Assembly (NCBI GenBank): GCA_963701965.1
Contig: OY969695.1
Span: 1,984,001-2,048,000, forward strand
Source of the DNA: an uncultured Gemmatimonadales bacterium
GTDB taxonomy: Bacteria; Gemmatimonadota; Gemmatimonadetes; Gemmatimonadales; Gemmatimonadaceae
DNA length: 64,000 nucleotides
Reading direction: 5' to 3'
Shown here: piece after piece, positions 48,144-59,056 of the stretch
How the letters are laid out: the number at the start of each line of letters is the position of its first letter
How positions within the stretch are numbered: position 1 is the first letter of the stretch
Notes under the pieces: generated by a model
Database searches by the model: none
What the model was told of the DNA's origin: nothing
The model's input: only the letters and a program-made list of their open reading frames with translations
Position numbers and translations under genes: made by a program

Positions 48144-49300
48144 TGGAGTCGGATATCCGTCTGGCGTTGTTCTGCGACAGTTATCTCCCGCAGGTCAATG
48201 GCGTGTCGTTTCTGCTGGAGCGACTGGTCCATGCGCTGCGCGCGCGGGGCGGTGCCGTGCGGGTGTATACCACGACTGACCCACACGCCGGGATCGAACC
48301 GGATGTGCGGCGGTGGCCGAGTCTCGAGTTCTGGCTCTACCCGGAGCATCGGTTGGCGCTGCCGACGCCGGCATCGGTCAAACGCGAGCTGGAAGCGTGG
48401 CGGCCGACGCTCGTGCACGCCGCGAGCCCGTTCGGCCTGGGACTCGGCGCCCGCGCCGGAGCGAAGGCCCTCGGCCTGCCCTTCGTGACGTCGTACCACA
48501 CCAGTTGGAGCGCGTACACGAAGTTCTACGGCCTCGGCGCCCTGAGCGCGTTCGCGTGGCGGTACATCCAATGGTTCCACAACAGTGGCGATCGTACGTA
48601 CTGCCCGACGCACGCGGTGCGCGAGGAACTGGAGTCGCACGGGATCCGGCGGACGGCCATCTGGTCCCGCGGCGTCGATACGGCGCGATTCACGCCGGCG
48701 GCGCGGTCGGCGGCGCTCCGGGCGCGACTCGGCGCCACGGACCGCACGGTGGTGTGCGCCTACGTGGGGCGACTGGGCGCCGAGAAGGGATTAGCGCTCG
48801 CCATGACGGGCATGCACCGCGTCATGGCCCGGGCGGGTGGAGACGTCGTGTGCGCGATCGCGGGAGACGGACCCTTCGAGGCCGAGTGCCGCCGGCTGGC
48901 GCCGCCGGGCACGGTGTTCACGGGACGATTGATCGGCCGGGAGTTGAGCGAATTCTACGCGTCGGCGGATGTGTTCATCTTCCCGTCGACGACAGACACC
49001 TTCGGCAATGTCGTGCTCGAGGCAATGGCGTCGGGACTGCCGGTCATCGGCGCCGACGTCGGACCGACGCGCGAGCTCCTCGGCCGCGCGCGGGGCGTCG
49101 TCTTTCCGCCGGATGACGAGGCGGCATTCGCCGAGCGGGTCCTCGAGCTGGTCACCGATCATCCGCGCCGCGCGGCGCTGGCGCGCGAAGCGCTCGCCTA
49201 CGCGCGCACGCGGACGTGGGACGCGGTCTTCGACGAGCTGTTCGCGGACTATTTGCGCTTGAGCAACGGCGGCGCGCCGGCGGCGGCCGCCGTAGCCTGA
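48140..49300 (+). CDS. GT4 glycosyltransferase
   Basis: DSYLPQVNGV, SYHT, WSRGVD, YVGRLGAEKG, FPSTTDTFGNVVLEAMASGLPVI. Confidence 0.95.
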   Translation: MMESDIRLALFCDSYLPQVNGVSFLLERLVHALRARGGAVRVYTTTDPHAGIEPDVRRWPSLEFWLYPEHRLALPTPASVKRELEAWRPTLVHAASPFGLGLGARAGAKALGLPFVTSYHTSWSAYTKFYGLGALSAFAWRYIQWFHNSGDRTYCPTHAVREELESHGIRRTAIWSRGVDTARFTPAARSAALRARLGATDRTVVCAYVGRLGAEKGLALAMTGMHRVMARAGGDVVCAIAGDGPFEAECRRLAPPGTVFTGRLIGRELSEFYASADVFIFPSTTDTFGNVVLEAMASGLPVIGADVGPTRELLGRARGVVFPPDDEAAFAERVLELVTDHPRRAALAREALAYARTRTWDAVFDELFADYLRLSNGGAPAAAAVA

Positions 49301-49306
49301 ACCGCG

Positions 49307-49945
49307 CTAGGCGGCGGCTTCGGCGAGGACCGCGCTCGCGACTTCGACCAAGTCGCAACCATCCTCGCTCGCTTCTTCTTCCATGAGCCGCAGCGCATCG
49401 GCCGGCGTGAGTCGCGTGCGCTCGACGATCTGGGCGACCGCCCGCTCGACGATGTTTCCGGTAGGGGCAGCCTCGGCAGGGGCGGGCTCGGCCGCCGGCT
49501 CTTGAGCCTCGGCCACGGGCTCCTCAACCGGCATCTCGATGTCGGGCTCGGGCTCGACCACTTCGAGGGCGAGGGCTTGGGCGGCGCTGATGACGCTCCG
49601 CACGTCGGCGTCGAGCTCATGGTCATCGGCCGTGGCGCACCCAAGAGCCACAGCGCCCCAGTTCGGCCGGGCCGATCGCTCGGCGGCTATTGGGTGGTAG
49701 GAGAGCAGTAGCGCCGCGGTCCCGGCCCGGGCCCGCGTGGCCGTGATGGCCGTGTGGACGCCGAGTCCATCGCTCAGGTGGGTCCCGAGCACGAGGGCAT
49801 CCGGCGCCGATGTCGTGACCGCGTCGAGCGCCTCGTGCACGGTGGCGACCTCCGCGACGACGTCATAGCCGAGCGCCGCCAACCGCAGCCCGACCTTACG
49901 CGCCCGCGCCAGCCCCGACTCCGCAACCACAACCCGTAGCGACAC
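49307..49945 (-). CDS. Receiver-like plus ANTAR domain protein
   Basis: N-terminal LRVVVAE...GYDVVAE...PDALVLG; C-terminal IVERAVAQIVERTRLTPADALRLM...VEVASAVL. Confidence 0.65.
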   Translation of the reverse strand: MSLRVVVAESGLARARKVGLRLAALGYDVVAEVATVHEALDAVTTSAPDALVLGTHLSDGLGVHTAITATRARAGTAALLLSYHPIAAERSARPNWGAVALGCATADDHELDADVRSVISAAQALALEVVEPEPDIEMPVEEPVAEAQEPAAEPAPAEAAPTGNIVERAVAQIVERTRLTPADALRLMEEEASEDGCDLVEVASAVLAEAAA

Positions 49946-50050
49946 TGCCTAACCCTCGTTCATGCTGTGTGACACGAACATAGTCAGTCAGAAAGTCGCA
50001 CGAAGTGACTACCGTCACACTGACCGCCACCCTCGTGGCCTTCCTTTAGT

Positions 50051-50452
50051 TCAAGACGATTCGACGAGGGCGAAGGTATTGCCGTAAAGATCACTAAACA
50101 CAGCTTGCACGCCCCAGGGCTGGGCGGTGGGCGGTTCGCTGAACTTCACGCCCCGCGCGGAGAGTATCTCGTAGCTGGCGCGACAGTTACGAGTGCCGAG
50201 GACCCATGTGGGCCCCTGTCCGATCCGCGACGCGCGGTCGCCGGTGGCGCGTTGCAGGACGATCTCCACTTCTTCGCCTTTGCTGCCGACGGTCACCCAC
50301 CGTTCGCCGTGCGGCAGGGGGACGTCGAGGCGCTTCTCGAACCCCAGGATCCCGGTGTAATAGCGAAGGGCCTCGTCGTAGTCCCGAACGTAGATGGCGA
50401 CGTGGGAAAGCGTGACCCCGGTGTCGTTGGGCATACGCGCGCCGGTGGTCAA
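50051..50452 (-). CDS. VOC/glyoxalase-family protein
   Basis: HVAIYVRDYDEALRYY..LGF, PWGVQAVFSDLYGNTFALVE. Confidence 0.9.
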   Translation of the reverse strand: MTTGARMPNDTGVTLSHVAIYVRDYDEALRYYTGILGFEKRLDVPLPHGERWVTVGSKGEEVEIVLQRATGDRASRIGQGPTWVLGTRNCRASYEILSARGVKFSEPPTAQPWGVQAVFSDLYGNTFALVESS

Positions 50453-50901
50453 CGCACGGGGGCGTGCGAGAGGCGCTCGAGCCGGTCGATCAGCTCCTGC
50501 CGCTCTGGCCCGGTGAACAACGCCACCACATCGCGCTCCTCGGCCTCGAGCAGTTGTTTTGCCTCGGCATGGCGCGTTGCGCCCGTGGCGGTGAGCTGGG
50601 CCCGCACGCTGCGGCGATCGGACGGGTCCTGGGCCCGTGACACCAATCCCTCCGCTTCGAGGCGATCGATCAGCGCGGTCATGTTGGATTTGACACAGGC
50701 ATTGCGCACTGCCAGCTCGCCGAGCGGCAGCGCCGTGCCGGCCCGCACGAGATTGTCGAGCACGTGGAACTTCGGCAGCGACAACCCCACCGTGGTCAGC
50801 ACGGTTTCCAATCTCGCTTCGCAGGCGCTGGCCGCGCGAAAGAGAGCCGGCGTCACTCCTGGCGCGGGTTCGCAGCCTGCGGCTACCGCCCTATAGTCCA
50901 C
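50449..50901 (-). CDS. MarR-family transcriptional regulator
   Basis: NMTALIDRLEAEGLVSR..DPSDRRS...LTATG. Confidence 0.92.
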   Translation of the reverse strand: MDYRAVAAGCEPAPGVTPALFRAASACEARLETVLTTVGLSLPKFHVLDNLVRAGTALPLGELAVRNACVKSNMTALIDRLEAEGLVSRAQDPSDRRSVRAQLTATGATRHAEAKQLLEAEERDVVALFTGPERQELIDRLERLSHAPVR

Positions 50902-50924
50902 CTATGAACTGTACCCACTGCCCC

Positions 50925-51242
50925 CTACGCCGTCAACCCGGACCGACAGCACCCGCGGGTACCCCGTAGGAGCCAACACACCGCGGCCACGACCAGGATC
51001 ACCGGCAGGAAGACAAACAGCGCGACTTTGAGCAGTGCCAGCGCGATGCCGAACGCCACCAGGAGCAGAACGAAGATCACCAGTGGTATCCCGATCGCCG
51101 CCAGTACCAGAAGCAGCGGCACGCCCACGATGGCCGCGGTAATCGCCAACGGTACGCCCAGGAACACGAGCACGGCGCCCACCGGTAGCAGCACGCACAA
51201 CGTCAGGAAACCCCACACCGCCATCCGGATCAACCCGCCCAT
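50925..51242 (-). CDS. Small hydrophobic membrane protein
   Basis: Almost entirely hydrophobic 105 aa; GAGGGG upstream. Confidence 0.55.
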   Translation of the reverse strand: MGGLIRMAVWGFLTLCVLLPVGAVLVFLGVPLAITAAIVGVPLLLVLAAIGIPLVIFVLLLVAFGIALALLKVALFVFLPVILVVAAVCWLLRGTRGCCRSGLTA

Positions 51243-51353
51243 AACTCACCCCTCGTCATATGCGTATGAGTCGCCATCTGGTACGCGGCCAACCGGCGGG
51301 AAGTTTCGCCCGAACGAGTACCGAAAGAGGCGGCCGGCGACTAGCGTTCGAGC

Positions 51354-52589
51354 ATGGGTCGGACGGGCGCCGCCACGCTTCCGCTGCACTACGGGCGGGT
51401 CCCGCCGTGGCTCGCGACGCGTATGGCGAGTCTCGGTCGGGTCATCACGGAAGCGGTGATCCTGCACTACGGTCGCGCGGAGTTTCTGCGACGGTTGGCG
51501 CATCCCGGGTGGTTCCAGGCGTTTGGCGCGGTCATGGGGATGGATTGGCACTCGTCGGGCATCACGACGTCCGTCCTCGGAGCGCTCAAGCGCGGGTTGG
51601 CCCCGGTCGAATGGGAGCTCGGGCTGCACGTCTGCGGCGGCCGGGGAAACGAATCCCGGAAGACGCCGTCCGAGCTCGCGGTGCTGGGCGACCGCCTGGG
51701 CCTCGACGCGGGGCCTCTGGTGCGGTCCAGCCGTCTCGTCGCCAAGGTCGACAGCGCGGCGGTGCAAGATGGGTTTGGGCTGTACCTGCACGGCTTCGTC
51801 GTCGCGGATGATGGCGCGTGGGCCGTCGTGCAGCAGGGCATGCATCCGCACCGGCGGGAAGCGCGGCGATATCACTGGCTAAGTGAACATTCGACGAGCT
51901 TCGTCGAGGCGCCGCATAGTGCCATCGACGGGCTTCCCGCGCGGGATCCCATCGTCAACCTGACGGATCGACGCGCGCGCGCTTCGCGCGACGCGCAAGT
52001 CGCTCTGGTGTGCGAGGGCCCGGATCCCGTCGTGCGCGAGATGGCGCGGCTGGAGCGATCTCACGTGTTGGTCTCGCCGGTTCGGCAATTGGAGTCGGCG
52101 CAGCAAGTCTTGGCGTTGCCATTTCATCACGATGTGCGCGCGGAGAACGTCGAGTTGCGCCGTTTGCGCGGCGCCTTAGCGGCCGCGCACGAGCGTGGGC
52201 CGGTGGATTTCGCGGACGTGCTGCTCACTCCTGGGGTGGGACCCAGAACCGTGTTTTCTCTGGCACTGGTGGCCGAGGTGCTGCATGGAGCGCCGGCGCG
52301 GTTCTCGGACCCGGCGCGCCATTCGCTGGCGCACGGTGGCAAGGACGGGCACCCGTTTCCCGTGCCGCGCCGGGTGTACGACGAGACGATCCGGGTGATG
52401 AAGGACGCCGTGGCCAAAGCGCGACTCGGACGGTCGGACCGGCTCTCGGCGATTCAGCGATTGGATGCCGAGGTGCGACGACTGGAGCGGGAGCCCGGTC
52501 CGGAGATCGACTTCGAGACTTTCGTCGCCGGCGAGTGGGATCGCGCGCCGGCCTACGGCGGGATGACGGTGGCGGGGCCGGTGGGCTAG
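51354..52589 (+). CDS. DUF763-family protein
   Basis: LPLHYGRVPPWL, WFQAFGAVMGMDWHSSGITT, AKVDSAAVQDG, AHGGKDGHPFPV. Confidence 0.9.
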   Translation: MGRTGAATLPLHYGRVPPWLATRMASLGRVITEAVILHYGRAEFLRRLAHPGWFQAFGAVMGMDWHSSGITTSVLGALKRGLAPVEWELGLHVCGGRGNESRKTPSELAVLGDRLGLDAGPLVRSSRLVAKVDSAAVQDGFGLYLHGFVVADDGAWAVVQQGMHPHRREARRYHWLSEHSTSFVEAPHSAIDGLPARDPIVNLTDRRARASRDAQVALVCEGPDPVVREMARLERSHVLVSPVRQLESAQQVLALPFHHDVRAENVELRRLRGALAAAHERGPVDFADVLLTPGVGPRTVFSLALVAEVLHGAPARFSDPARHSLAHGGKDGHPFPVPRRVYDETIRVMKDAVAKARLGRSDRLSAIQRLDAEVRRLEREPGPEIDFETFVAGEWDRAPAYGGMTVAGPVG

Positions 52590-53737
52590 CGCGCCGAGGA
52601 CGTGGCCTGGGCACCCGCGGGCTGCAGCACGACGCGGCCTACGCGGTTGTCCCAGGAGAAGGTCAGCGCGCCCCCGTTCACACTGATGGTGAACTGCTCC
52701 ACGGGATGCGCCGCGGTCGTCATCTGCATCGGGATGCGCGCCAGGTCGGCCGTCGAGTCGTACTCCGTGCCCCACTCTTTCGTCCGCTTGCTCACGACGA
52801 GCGTCCAATCGGTCGCCGTGGGCAGCGAGAACAACGTATAGGCGCCGGCGGGCACGCGGGTATTCCCGAGCATGACATTGCGATCGACAAAAAGACCGGT
52901 CGCGGCGTTGGCGCCGGTGCGCCAGATCGTGTTGTAGGGCACGACGCCGCCGAAGATCACGCGGCCGCGCCTGGATGGGCGACTATAGTCGACGACGACT
53001 TGCACGCCGCCGACTTTCGCTTTCACCATGCTGCGCGGAGAAAGCGTGGCCAGTCCTTTGCCCCGCGCTTCGCGCGCCAGAAATTCGTTCGCCCATTTGT
53101 CGAGATCGGGCGGCGGCACGCGCGTCACGATGGCCTGGAGCGTGCCGCCGGGCGTCGTGGCGCTGAGCAGCCGGCCTTGGGCGTCGATCGTCGCCCGGAT
53201 CGTCCCCACCGATGTCGAGAACAGCACCAGGTCGGGCGCCGTGCGCACGGCCGTGCCCGGGAACGTCAGGTCGAAGTAGAACGCGGCGACGGGAACGGGC
53301 TTCCCGTTGGCGGCGATCGCCCGTTGGATCGGGGCCTCGTACTCGCCGAACGTCGGTTCATACACCGGCACGCTGCCGGGGAGGTTGGGCATCGTGGAGT
53401 GATGCGTGGCGCCATCGCCCGTACGCGTCATCCGTACCGAGTCGCCGCGAAAGTCGGCATCGTAGCGCAACGCGCGCGGCGCGCCCGGCGCCGCGGACTT
53501 GTATTGCTGCACGCTGTAGGACTGCACGGCCCCGTCCGGCGTCGTCCGCACGACGTAGGAGTAGCGCGCGGTATTGGGCATCCGCGAGATGATCTCGCCC
53601 GCGATCGAGTCGCGCGTCCGGACAAAGCGCTCGACGCCGATCGTGTCGTTGCCGAGGCACGTCACGAACCCGCCTTGTTCCTGGGCGGCGACGGGCATGC
53701 TCCAGAGGACGAGCGCCGCCGTGGCGAGTATTTTCAT
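52586..53737 (-). CDS. DUF2911-domain secreted protein
   Basis: LSPR, VDYSRPSRRGRVIFGGVVPY..WRTGAN, PAGAYTLF, WGTEYD; signal peptide MKILATAAL. Confidence 0.88.
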   Translation of the reverse strand: MKILATAALVLWSMPVAAQEQGGFVTCLGNDTIGVERFVRTRDSIAGEIISRMPNTARYSYVVRTTPDGAVQSYSVQQYKSAAPGAPRALRYDADFRGDSVRMTRTGDGATHHSTMPNLPGSVPVYEPTFGEYEAPIQRAIAANGKPVPVAAFYFDLTFPGTAVRTAPDLVLFSTSVGTIRATIDAQGRLLSATTPGGTLQAIVTRVPPPDLDKWANEFLAREARGKGLATLSPRSMVKAKVGGVQVVVDYSRPSRRGRVIFGGVVPYNTIWRTGANAATGLFVDRNVMLGNTRVPAGAYTLFSLPTATDWTLVVSKRTKEWGTEYDSTADLARIPMQMTTAAHPVEQFTISVNGGALTFSWDNRVGRVVLQPAGAQATSSAR

Positions 53738-53800
53738 GGCGTCCAATATCACCGCGGACCCATGGCAAGCAAGCACGTCCCCGCTCGTCGAGAGGTGACC

Positions 53801-54877
53801 ATGACGAAAAGCGCACCCGCTCAAGACCTGGTGCTGACGGACGCGACCGCCGCGTCGCTCGCGGATGTCGAGGCGCTGGCCCGCGGCGCGCTCTCACCCA
53901 TGGCGCTCGCCTACGTGACCAGCGGCGCCGGCGATGAACGCACCCTCGGCTGGAACGTCGAGGCGTTCGGCCGCATTCGTCTGCGCCCGCGCGTGCTCAC
54001 CGACGTGTCCCGTCTGGATACGTCGGCCGAGCTCTTGGGCCTTCGGCTGCCGATACCGCTGCTGCTGGCGCCGACGGCGTATCACCGGCTGGTGCATCCG
54101 GAGGGCGAGCTGGCCACCGCGCGCGGCGCCGCGGCCGCCGGGATTCCGTGGATCGTGAGTACGTGCACCACCACGACCTTGGGCGCCATTCAGGAGGCCG
54201 CGCCTACTGGCACGCGCTGGCTGCAACTCTACATCACGAGCGACCGCGACCGCGCGCGCGATCTCCTGCAAGAGGCGGAAGCGACCGGGATCGGCGCGGT
54301 GTGTCTCACGGTCGATACCCCGGTGCTCGGCACGCGCAACCAGGAACAGCGAGTCGGTTTTCGTCTGCCGGCCGACTGCGTGTCGCCCTACCTCAATCAC
54401 ATCGAAGCCACCTTCGTGTCGCTCACCTGGCGCGACGTCGATTGGCTGCGCGGCACGACGCGCATCCCCATCCTGCTCAAGGGCATCCTCGCCGCCGAGG
54501 ACGCGACGCGGGCCGCCGACGAGGGCGTGGCGGGCATCATCGTCTCCAACCACGGCGCCCGGAATCTCGATACCGTGCCCGCGACGATCGACGCGCTCCC
54601 CGAGATCGCGGATGCCGTGGCCGGCCGCTTGCCCATACTCCTCGACGGCGGCATCCGGCGCGGGACCGACATCGTGAAGGCGGTCGCGCTGGGCGCCACG
54701 GCCGTGCTCATCGGACGACCGTACTTGTATGGTCTCGCGGTCGCCGGCGCCGCCGGTGTCGAGCACGTGATCCGGACGCTGCGCGTCGAATTGGAGGCCG
54801 CGCTCAAGCTCATGGGCCGCCCGTCGATCGGCGCCATTGACCGGTCCGCGCTGTGGGACCACGCTTCGGGGCGGTGA
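53801..54877 (+). CDS. FMN-dependent alpha-hydroxy acid oxidase/dehydrogenase
   Basis: LRPRVL, LAPTA, LTVDTP, LKGI, VSNHGAR, DGGIRRGTDIVKAVALGA, GRPYLYGL; GAGG RBS. Confidence 0.95.
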   Translation: MTKSAPAQDLVLTDATAASLADVEALARGALSPMALAYVTSGAGDERTLGWNVEAFGRIRLRPRVLTDVSRLDTSAELLGLRLPIPLLLAPTAYHRLVHPEGELATARGAAAAGIPWIVSTCTTTTLGAIQEAAPTGTRWLQLYITSDRDRARDLLQEAEATGIGAVCLTVDTPVLGTRNQEQRVGFRLPADCVSPYLNHIEATFVSLTWRDVDWLRGTTRIPILLKGILAAEDATRAADEGVAGIIVSNHGARNLDTVPATIDALPEIADAVAGRLPILLDGGIRRGTDIVKAVALGATAVLIGRPYLYGLAVAGAAGVEHVIRTLRVELEAALKLMGRPSIGAIDRSALWDHASGR

Positions 54878-54915
54878 TCGCTAAATTGCAGGACACTCCG
54901 GAGGAGAGCCGATTC

Positions 54916-56050
54916 GTGGCGACCACCTTTCTCAACACCGAGCTGCTGCCGGTGGCGGCCAGCCGGACGCTGCCCCGCCGCTACTTCACATCGCCGGCGA
55001 TCCTCGAAGAGGAGATGGAGAAGATCTTCGCCCGCCAGTGGTTGTGCGTCGGACGGGCCGATCGCATCGCCAACCCGGGCGACTATTTCCTCCAGTCCAT
55101 CGGGCGGGAGAGCATCATCGTCGTGCGGGACCGGCAGGGACGCATTCACGCCAACTACAATGTCTGCCGCCACCGCGGCACGCACATGATCGAGGCGTCC
55201 CAGGGCAAGCTCGGCGAGACGATCCAGTGTCCGTACCACGCCTGGACCTATGCGCTCGACGGGCGCTTGATGGGGTGTCCATTGGCGGATGCGATCGAGG
55301 GGTTCAACAAGGCGGACTATCCCCTGCACCGCGTCGCCACGCACGTGTGGGAGGGCTTTCTCTTCATCAACCTGTCCGAGGACGCGGAGCCGTTCGAGCG
55401 GGTCTACGCTCCGTTGCTGGGGCGCTTCAGCCACTTCAACCTGCCCAATCTCAAGGTGGGCGGGCAGATCGACTACGAAGTCAACGCCAACTGGAAGCTC
55501 ATCGTCGAGAATTACCAGGAGTGCTATCACTGCGCGCCCATCCACCCGGCGCTCACGAAGCTGAGCCCTCCGACGAGCGGCGAGATCAACTTGTACGAGG
55601 GCCCGTTCATCGGTGGCTATATGGTCCTCGCTGAAGGAAACGAGACCATGTCGATGACGGGGCGCGCCTGCGGCGCGCCTGTCGCCGACGATCTCCCGGC
55701 CGAGGAGTATCCCCGCATCTATTACTACTCGTTGATGCCGAACGTGCTTCTGAGCTTGCATCACGACTATGTCATGCTGCATACGCTGTGGCCGCAGTCG
55801 ACCGGGCGCACGTTGATCCACTGCTATTGGTTGTTCAACGAGAAGTCGCTGAACAACCCGGCGTTCGACCCCCAGGATGGGATCCGGTTCTGGGACATGA
55901 CGAACCGCGAGGACTGGCACATTCTGCGAGCAGAGCCAACTCGGCGTCGTCAGCCGGGTATACCAGCCCGGCCCCTACTCCCGCCGCGAGAACTGCTCAG
56001 CCGCCTTCGACGCCGAGGTGCTGCGCTGTCTCGGGCATAACCGAGAGTAG
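54916..56050 (+). CDS. Rieske non-heme iron oxygenase alpha subunit (choline monooxygenase/GbcA-like), frameshifted at ~55924
   Basis: NVCRHRG...CPYHAW Rieske; NWKLIVENYQECYHC..IHP mononuclear Fe site. After a 1-nt shift it continues CEQSQLG...YQPGPYS to TAG at 56050. Confidence 0.9.
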
Positions 56051-57616
56051 TTCCAGAGCGGCGTTGCGGCCGTTGATGCCCATGACACTGCCGCCTGGAT
56101 AAGTCCCCGCGCCACACAGGAACACGCCAGGCATTGGCGTGCGCGCGGTCAAGCGGCGATCCCACATATAGTCGGGGAGAATCTCGCCCTGGAAGATGTG
56201 ACCGCCCGTGAGTCCCACGCGCTGCTCGATATCCTTGGGGCCGAGGACCTCGAGATCGATGATCGCATCGGGGAAGTTCGATACGTAGCGACCGATCGAT
56301 TTGACGACAAGGGCCCCCACTTCGTGGCGCCGGGTGTCCCAGTTGCCCTCGGCGAACTCGTGGGGCACGAATTGGGAAAAGACGCTGAGTGTCTCCACAT
56401 CGGTCGGCGCGACGCTGTGATCGTAGACCGTGTGGAGATAGAGCTCCGTCCAGACTTTGTCCGGTAGGATACCGGCGTTGGCCTTGCCGTGGGAGTCGAT
56501 CCACTCGGCCTTCGTGAGCGGCGTGTTGATCTGCCCGGTGTGGTGCGGTTCGCGCGTGCCCGGCCGCGCCCGAAAGTTCGGCAACGCGGTCAGCGTCATG
56601 TTGACCTTGACCGTCACGCCCTTGATCGGCACGCGCTCGACTTGTGCCTTCCACGCCGGGTCGGCATCGGCGCCGAGCAGCCGCAGGGTCACCCTCGGAT
56701 CGGCGTTGGAGACGACGAACGGGGCGCTGATCTTTTCGCCGGATGCGAGCTCGACGCCTTCGCCCGGAACGATGCGGGCCACTGGCGTCCCGGTGGCGAC
56801 GACGGCGCCGCTCTCCCGCGCGACGTCGCAGAGGAGAAACGACACCATCCCCATGCCACCGGTGACATAACCCCACGTCCCCGGTTGGCCGAACATCGTG
56901 CCCGACGCGTGGTGATAGTAGACGGACGCGGTGCCGGGATCGGCGGGACTGGCGTTCGTGCCGATGACCCCTTGGCCCAGGTACGCCATCTGCAGGCGTT
57001 CGTCGGAGATGTAGCGCTCGACGTACTCGCACATTGACCACTCGAAGAGGAGCTTGCGCGCCTCTTCGTCGCGGCCGAGTCGGGCGTCGATGGCGTCGCG
57101 GGTGGGGGCGGCGCCGATCCAGAGATCGCGGTCGTCTGGCGGGCGCAGTGCGTCGCGCAGCCGCCGTTTGACTTGGACCATGGCCTTCCATCCTTCGAAA
57201 TCGCGCGGGGCGAAGCGCCGGACCTCGGCGTCGCACTGCGCGTCATCGTGCCACAGCTGGATGCTGGAGCCGTCGTCGAACGGGACGAACATCCCGCCCA
57301 ACGCCGGCTGCCAGGTGAAGCCGCGTTCGACGAGCGCCAGCTCGTCGATCACGGTCTGATGGAGGAGCCCACAGACGTAGGCGCAGGGCGAGAACCGGAC
57401 GCCGGGAAACGGCTCGTCCATGGTGGCGGCGCCGCCAACGCGCTCGCGCGCCTCGAGCACCAGCACTTTCCGGCCGGCGCGCGCCAGATATGCGGCGCAC
57501 GCCAGGCCGTTGTGTCCTGCCCCAACAACAATCACATCCCACCGCCGCCGGGCCAGGGTCGCAACGGGCTCGACGAGCCCGATGCGTCCCAGCTTCGCGG
57601 CGGTCGCCGACGTCAC
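55997..57616 (-). CDS. Phytoene dehydrogenase-like FAD/NAD(P)-dependent oxidoreductase
   Basis: VGAGHNGL, LEARERVGGA, WGYVTGGMG, GGHIFQG, CGAGTYPGGSVMGINGRNAA; GTG at 57616 overlaps the susD stop. Confidence 0.9.
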   Translation of the reverse strand: MTSATAAKLGRIGLVEPVATLARRRWDVIVVGAGHNGLACAAYLARAGRKVLVLEARERVGGAATMDEPFPGVRFSPCAYVCGLLHQTVIDELALVERGFTWQPALGGMFVPFDDGSSIQLWHDDAQCDAEVRRFAPRDFEGWKAMVQVKRRLRDALRPPDDRDLWIGAAPTRDAIDARLGRDEEARKLLFEWSMCEYVERYISDERLQMAYLGQGVIGTNASPADPGTASVYYHHASGTMFGQPGTWGYVTGGMGMVSFLLCDVARESGAVVATGTPVARIVPGEGVELASGEKISAPFVVSNADPRVTLRLLGADADPAWKAQVERVPIKGVTVKVNMTLTALPNFRARPGTREPHHTGQINTPLTKAEWIDSHGKANAGILPDKVWTELYLHTVYDHSVAPTDVETLSVFSQFVPHEFAEGNWDTRRHEVGALVVKSIGRYVSNFPDAIIDLEVLGPKDIEQRVGLTGGHIFQGEILPDYMWDRRLTARTPMPGVFLCGAGTYPGGSVMGINGRNAALELLSVMPETAQHLGVEGG

Positions 57617-59054
57617 TGCCCCGTGATCGGCGGCGTGCAGCTCGTGCCCAGATTGCGGGCCTGACATTCGGAGCTTGGCACTGGCATGATCGACGCGATG
57701 TGCCCTCCCGGCACGTCGACCGGAATCGCCGCCAGCCGGCCGTAGCGCCGGGCATCACCCCACCGTGTCCCCTGCTCCCACATCAGCGAATACCGCCGCT
57801 CATACAGCAATTCCGTGAGCAACGAGTCCGCCGAGAGGCCTGGCGCGAGGGGGGCGAGGTGGCCGGATCCAACGCGGGTGATGTTGATGTCCGCGGTCGC
57901 CGCCGCCAGCTGAGTGGAGCCGAGCTCGGCTTCGGCGCGCAGCAACACCAACTCCTCGTTCCGAATGATCGGCACTGGTTGAGCCGGGTTGGGCGTGGTG
58001 CCACCCGTCAAGTAGATCTTGAACTTGAGATTGCCGATGATCGGGAATGTGCCGATCGATTGCCCAACGTCGGTGACGGCGATCTTCGCGGCGACGCGCG
58101 CGTCGCGCACGGTGCCGCTCGGTTGCAACTCGGCGTCACTCGTGTCCTCCGGCAGCGCGAAGTACAGAATGCCGTTCAACGGATCCGAGAGACCGTTCTG
58201 CGTGTCGCCAGGATTCGCCGAGAAATCGAAGAACACGCCGCTTTGGAATGCGCCCGGCGACGCCGAGGCGAACCCCGAGCTGAACAGCGAGTCCAGCAGC
58301 CCGAGCGCGGCCGTGTAACAGGCCCCCGTGTTGCCTTTGCACTTGCTGCCGTCCGTCGCGCGGAAGACCCAGGCCTTCGCCGCCAACGCCTGCGTGAACT
58401 GCGCAAACGTCGCTGGTGTGTTCGCCGCGGAATAGCCCGGCGGGATCGGGAATGGGAACCCGGCGGCATTCCCCTTCAACTTAGTCCGTGCATTGGCCAA
58501 GAGACCGATGATCGCGCGATAGATGCTGTCCTCACTGACGAACGGCGCCGGCTGACCCGCCGGATCGATGTCCGTGCCGTACGGCGCGCCGAGCTGCCCG
58601 CGCGTTTGCACGACGTAGAAGAACGCCAATGCCTTCATCGTCTCGCCGAACGCGATCGACGTACTCTTCTATCGGCGCTCAGGTCCGGAGCGTTCGGTAC
58701 GGCATCCAGGTAGAGGTTGGCGTTCCGAATCTGCACGAACGGCGATGTCCAGTTGGAGCCACCGAACCCGGAGGGCGAGAGCGGTCCGAAGTACGGCTCG
58801 GTGTAGTCCGGCTGGTTATTGCCCGACAGGTTGATGCCTTCGCGACCCATGGAGCCAAGGCGCCACACGTAGGACTCGATGTCGTTTCGCGACTGGTCGA
58901 AGATGCCTGTCGCAGCCACCGACAAGTTGGCCCGGTTGGGATTGGAGTAGACGGAGGCCGTCGTCGGCGCGTTGGGATCCGTGACGTTGAAGTCGTAGCA
59001 CGCGGCGCTGGCGAGGATCGCGGCGCCTAAGCTCAGAATCGAAAGAGTTTTCAT
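57613..59054 (-). CDS. SusD/RagB-family lipoprotein (third pair), frameshifted at ~58650-58670
   Basis: Lipobox ILASAAC from ATG 59054; PIIRNEELVLLRAEA and LLYERRYSLMWE in ORF 57613..58638. Confidence 0.85.
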
Positions 59055-59056
59055 GG

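Noticed and set aside
52010..53800. Apparent long N-terminal extension of the hydroxy-acid oxidase (955-aa ORF)
   Set aside because: Overlaps DUF763 and the antisense DUF2911 gene; the real start is ATG 53801 with an RBS.
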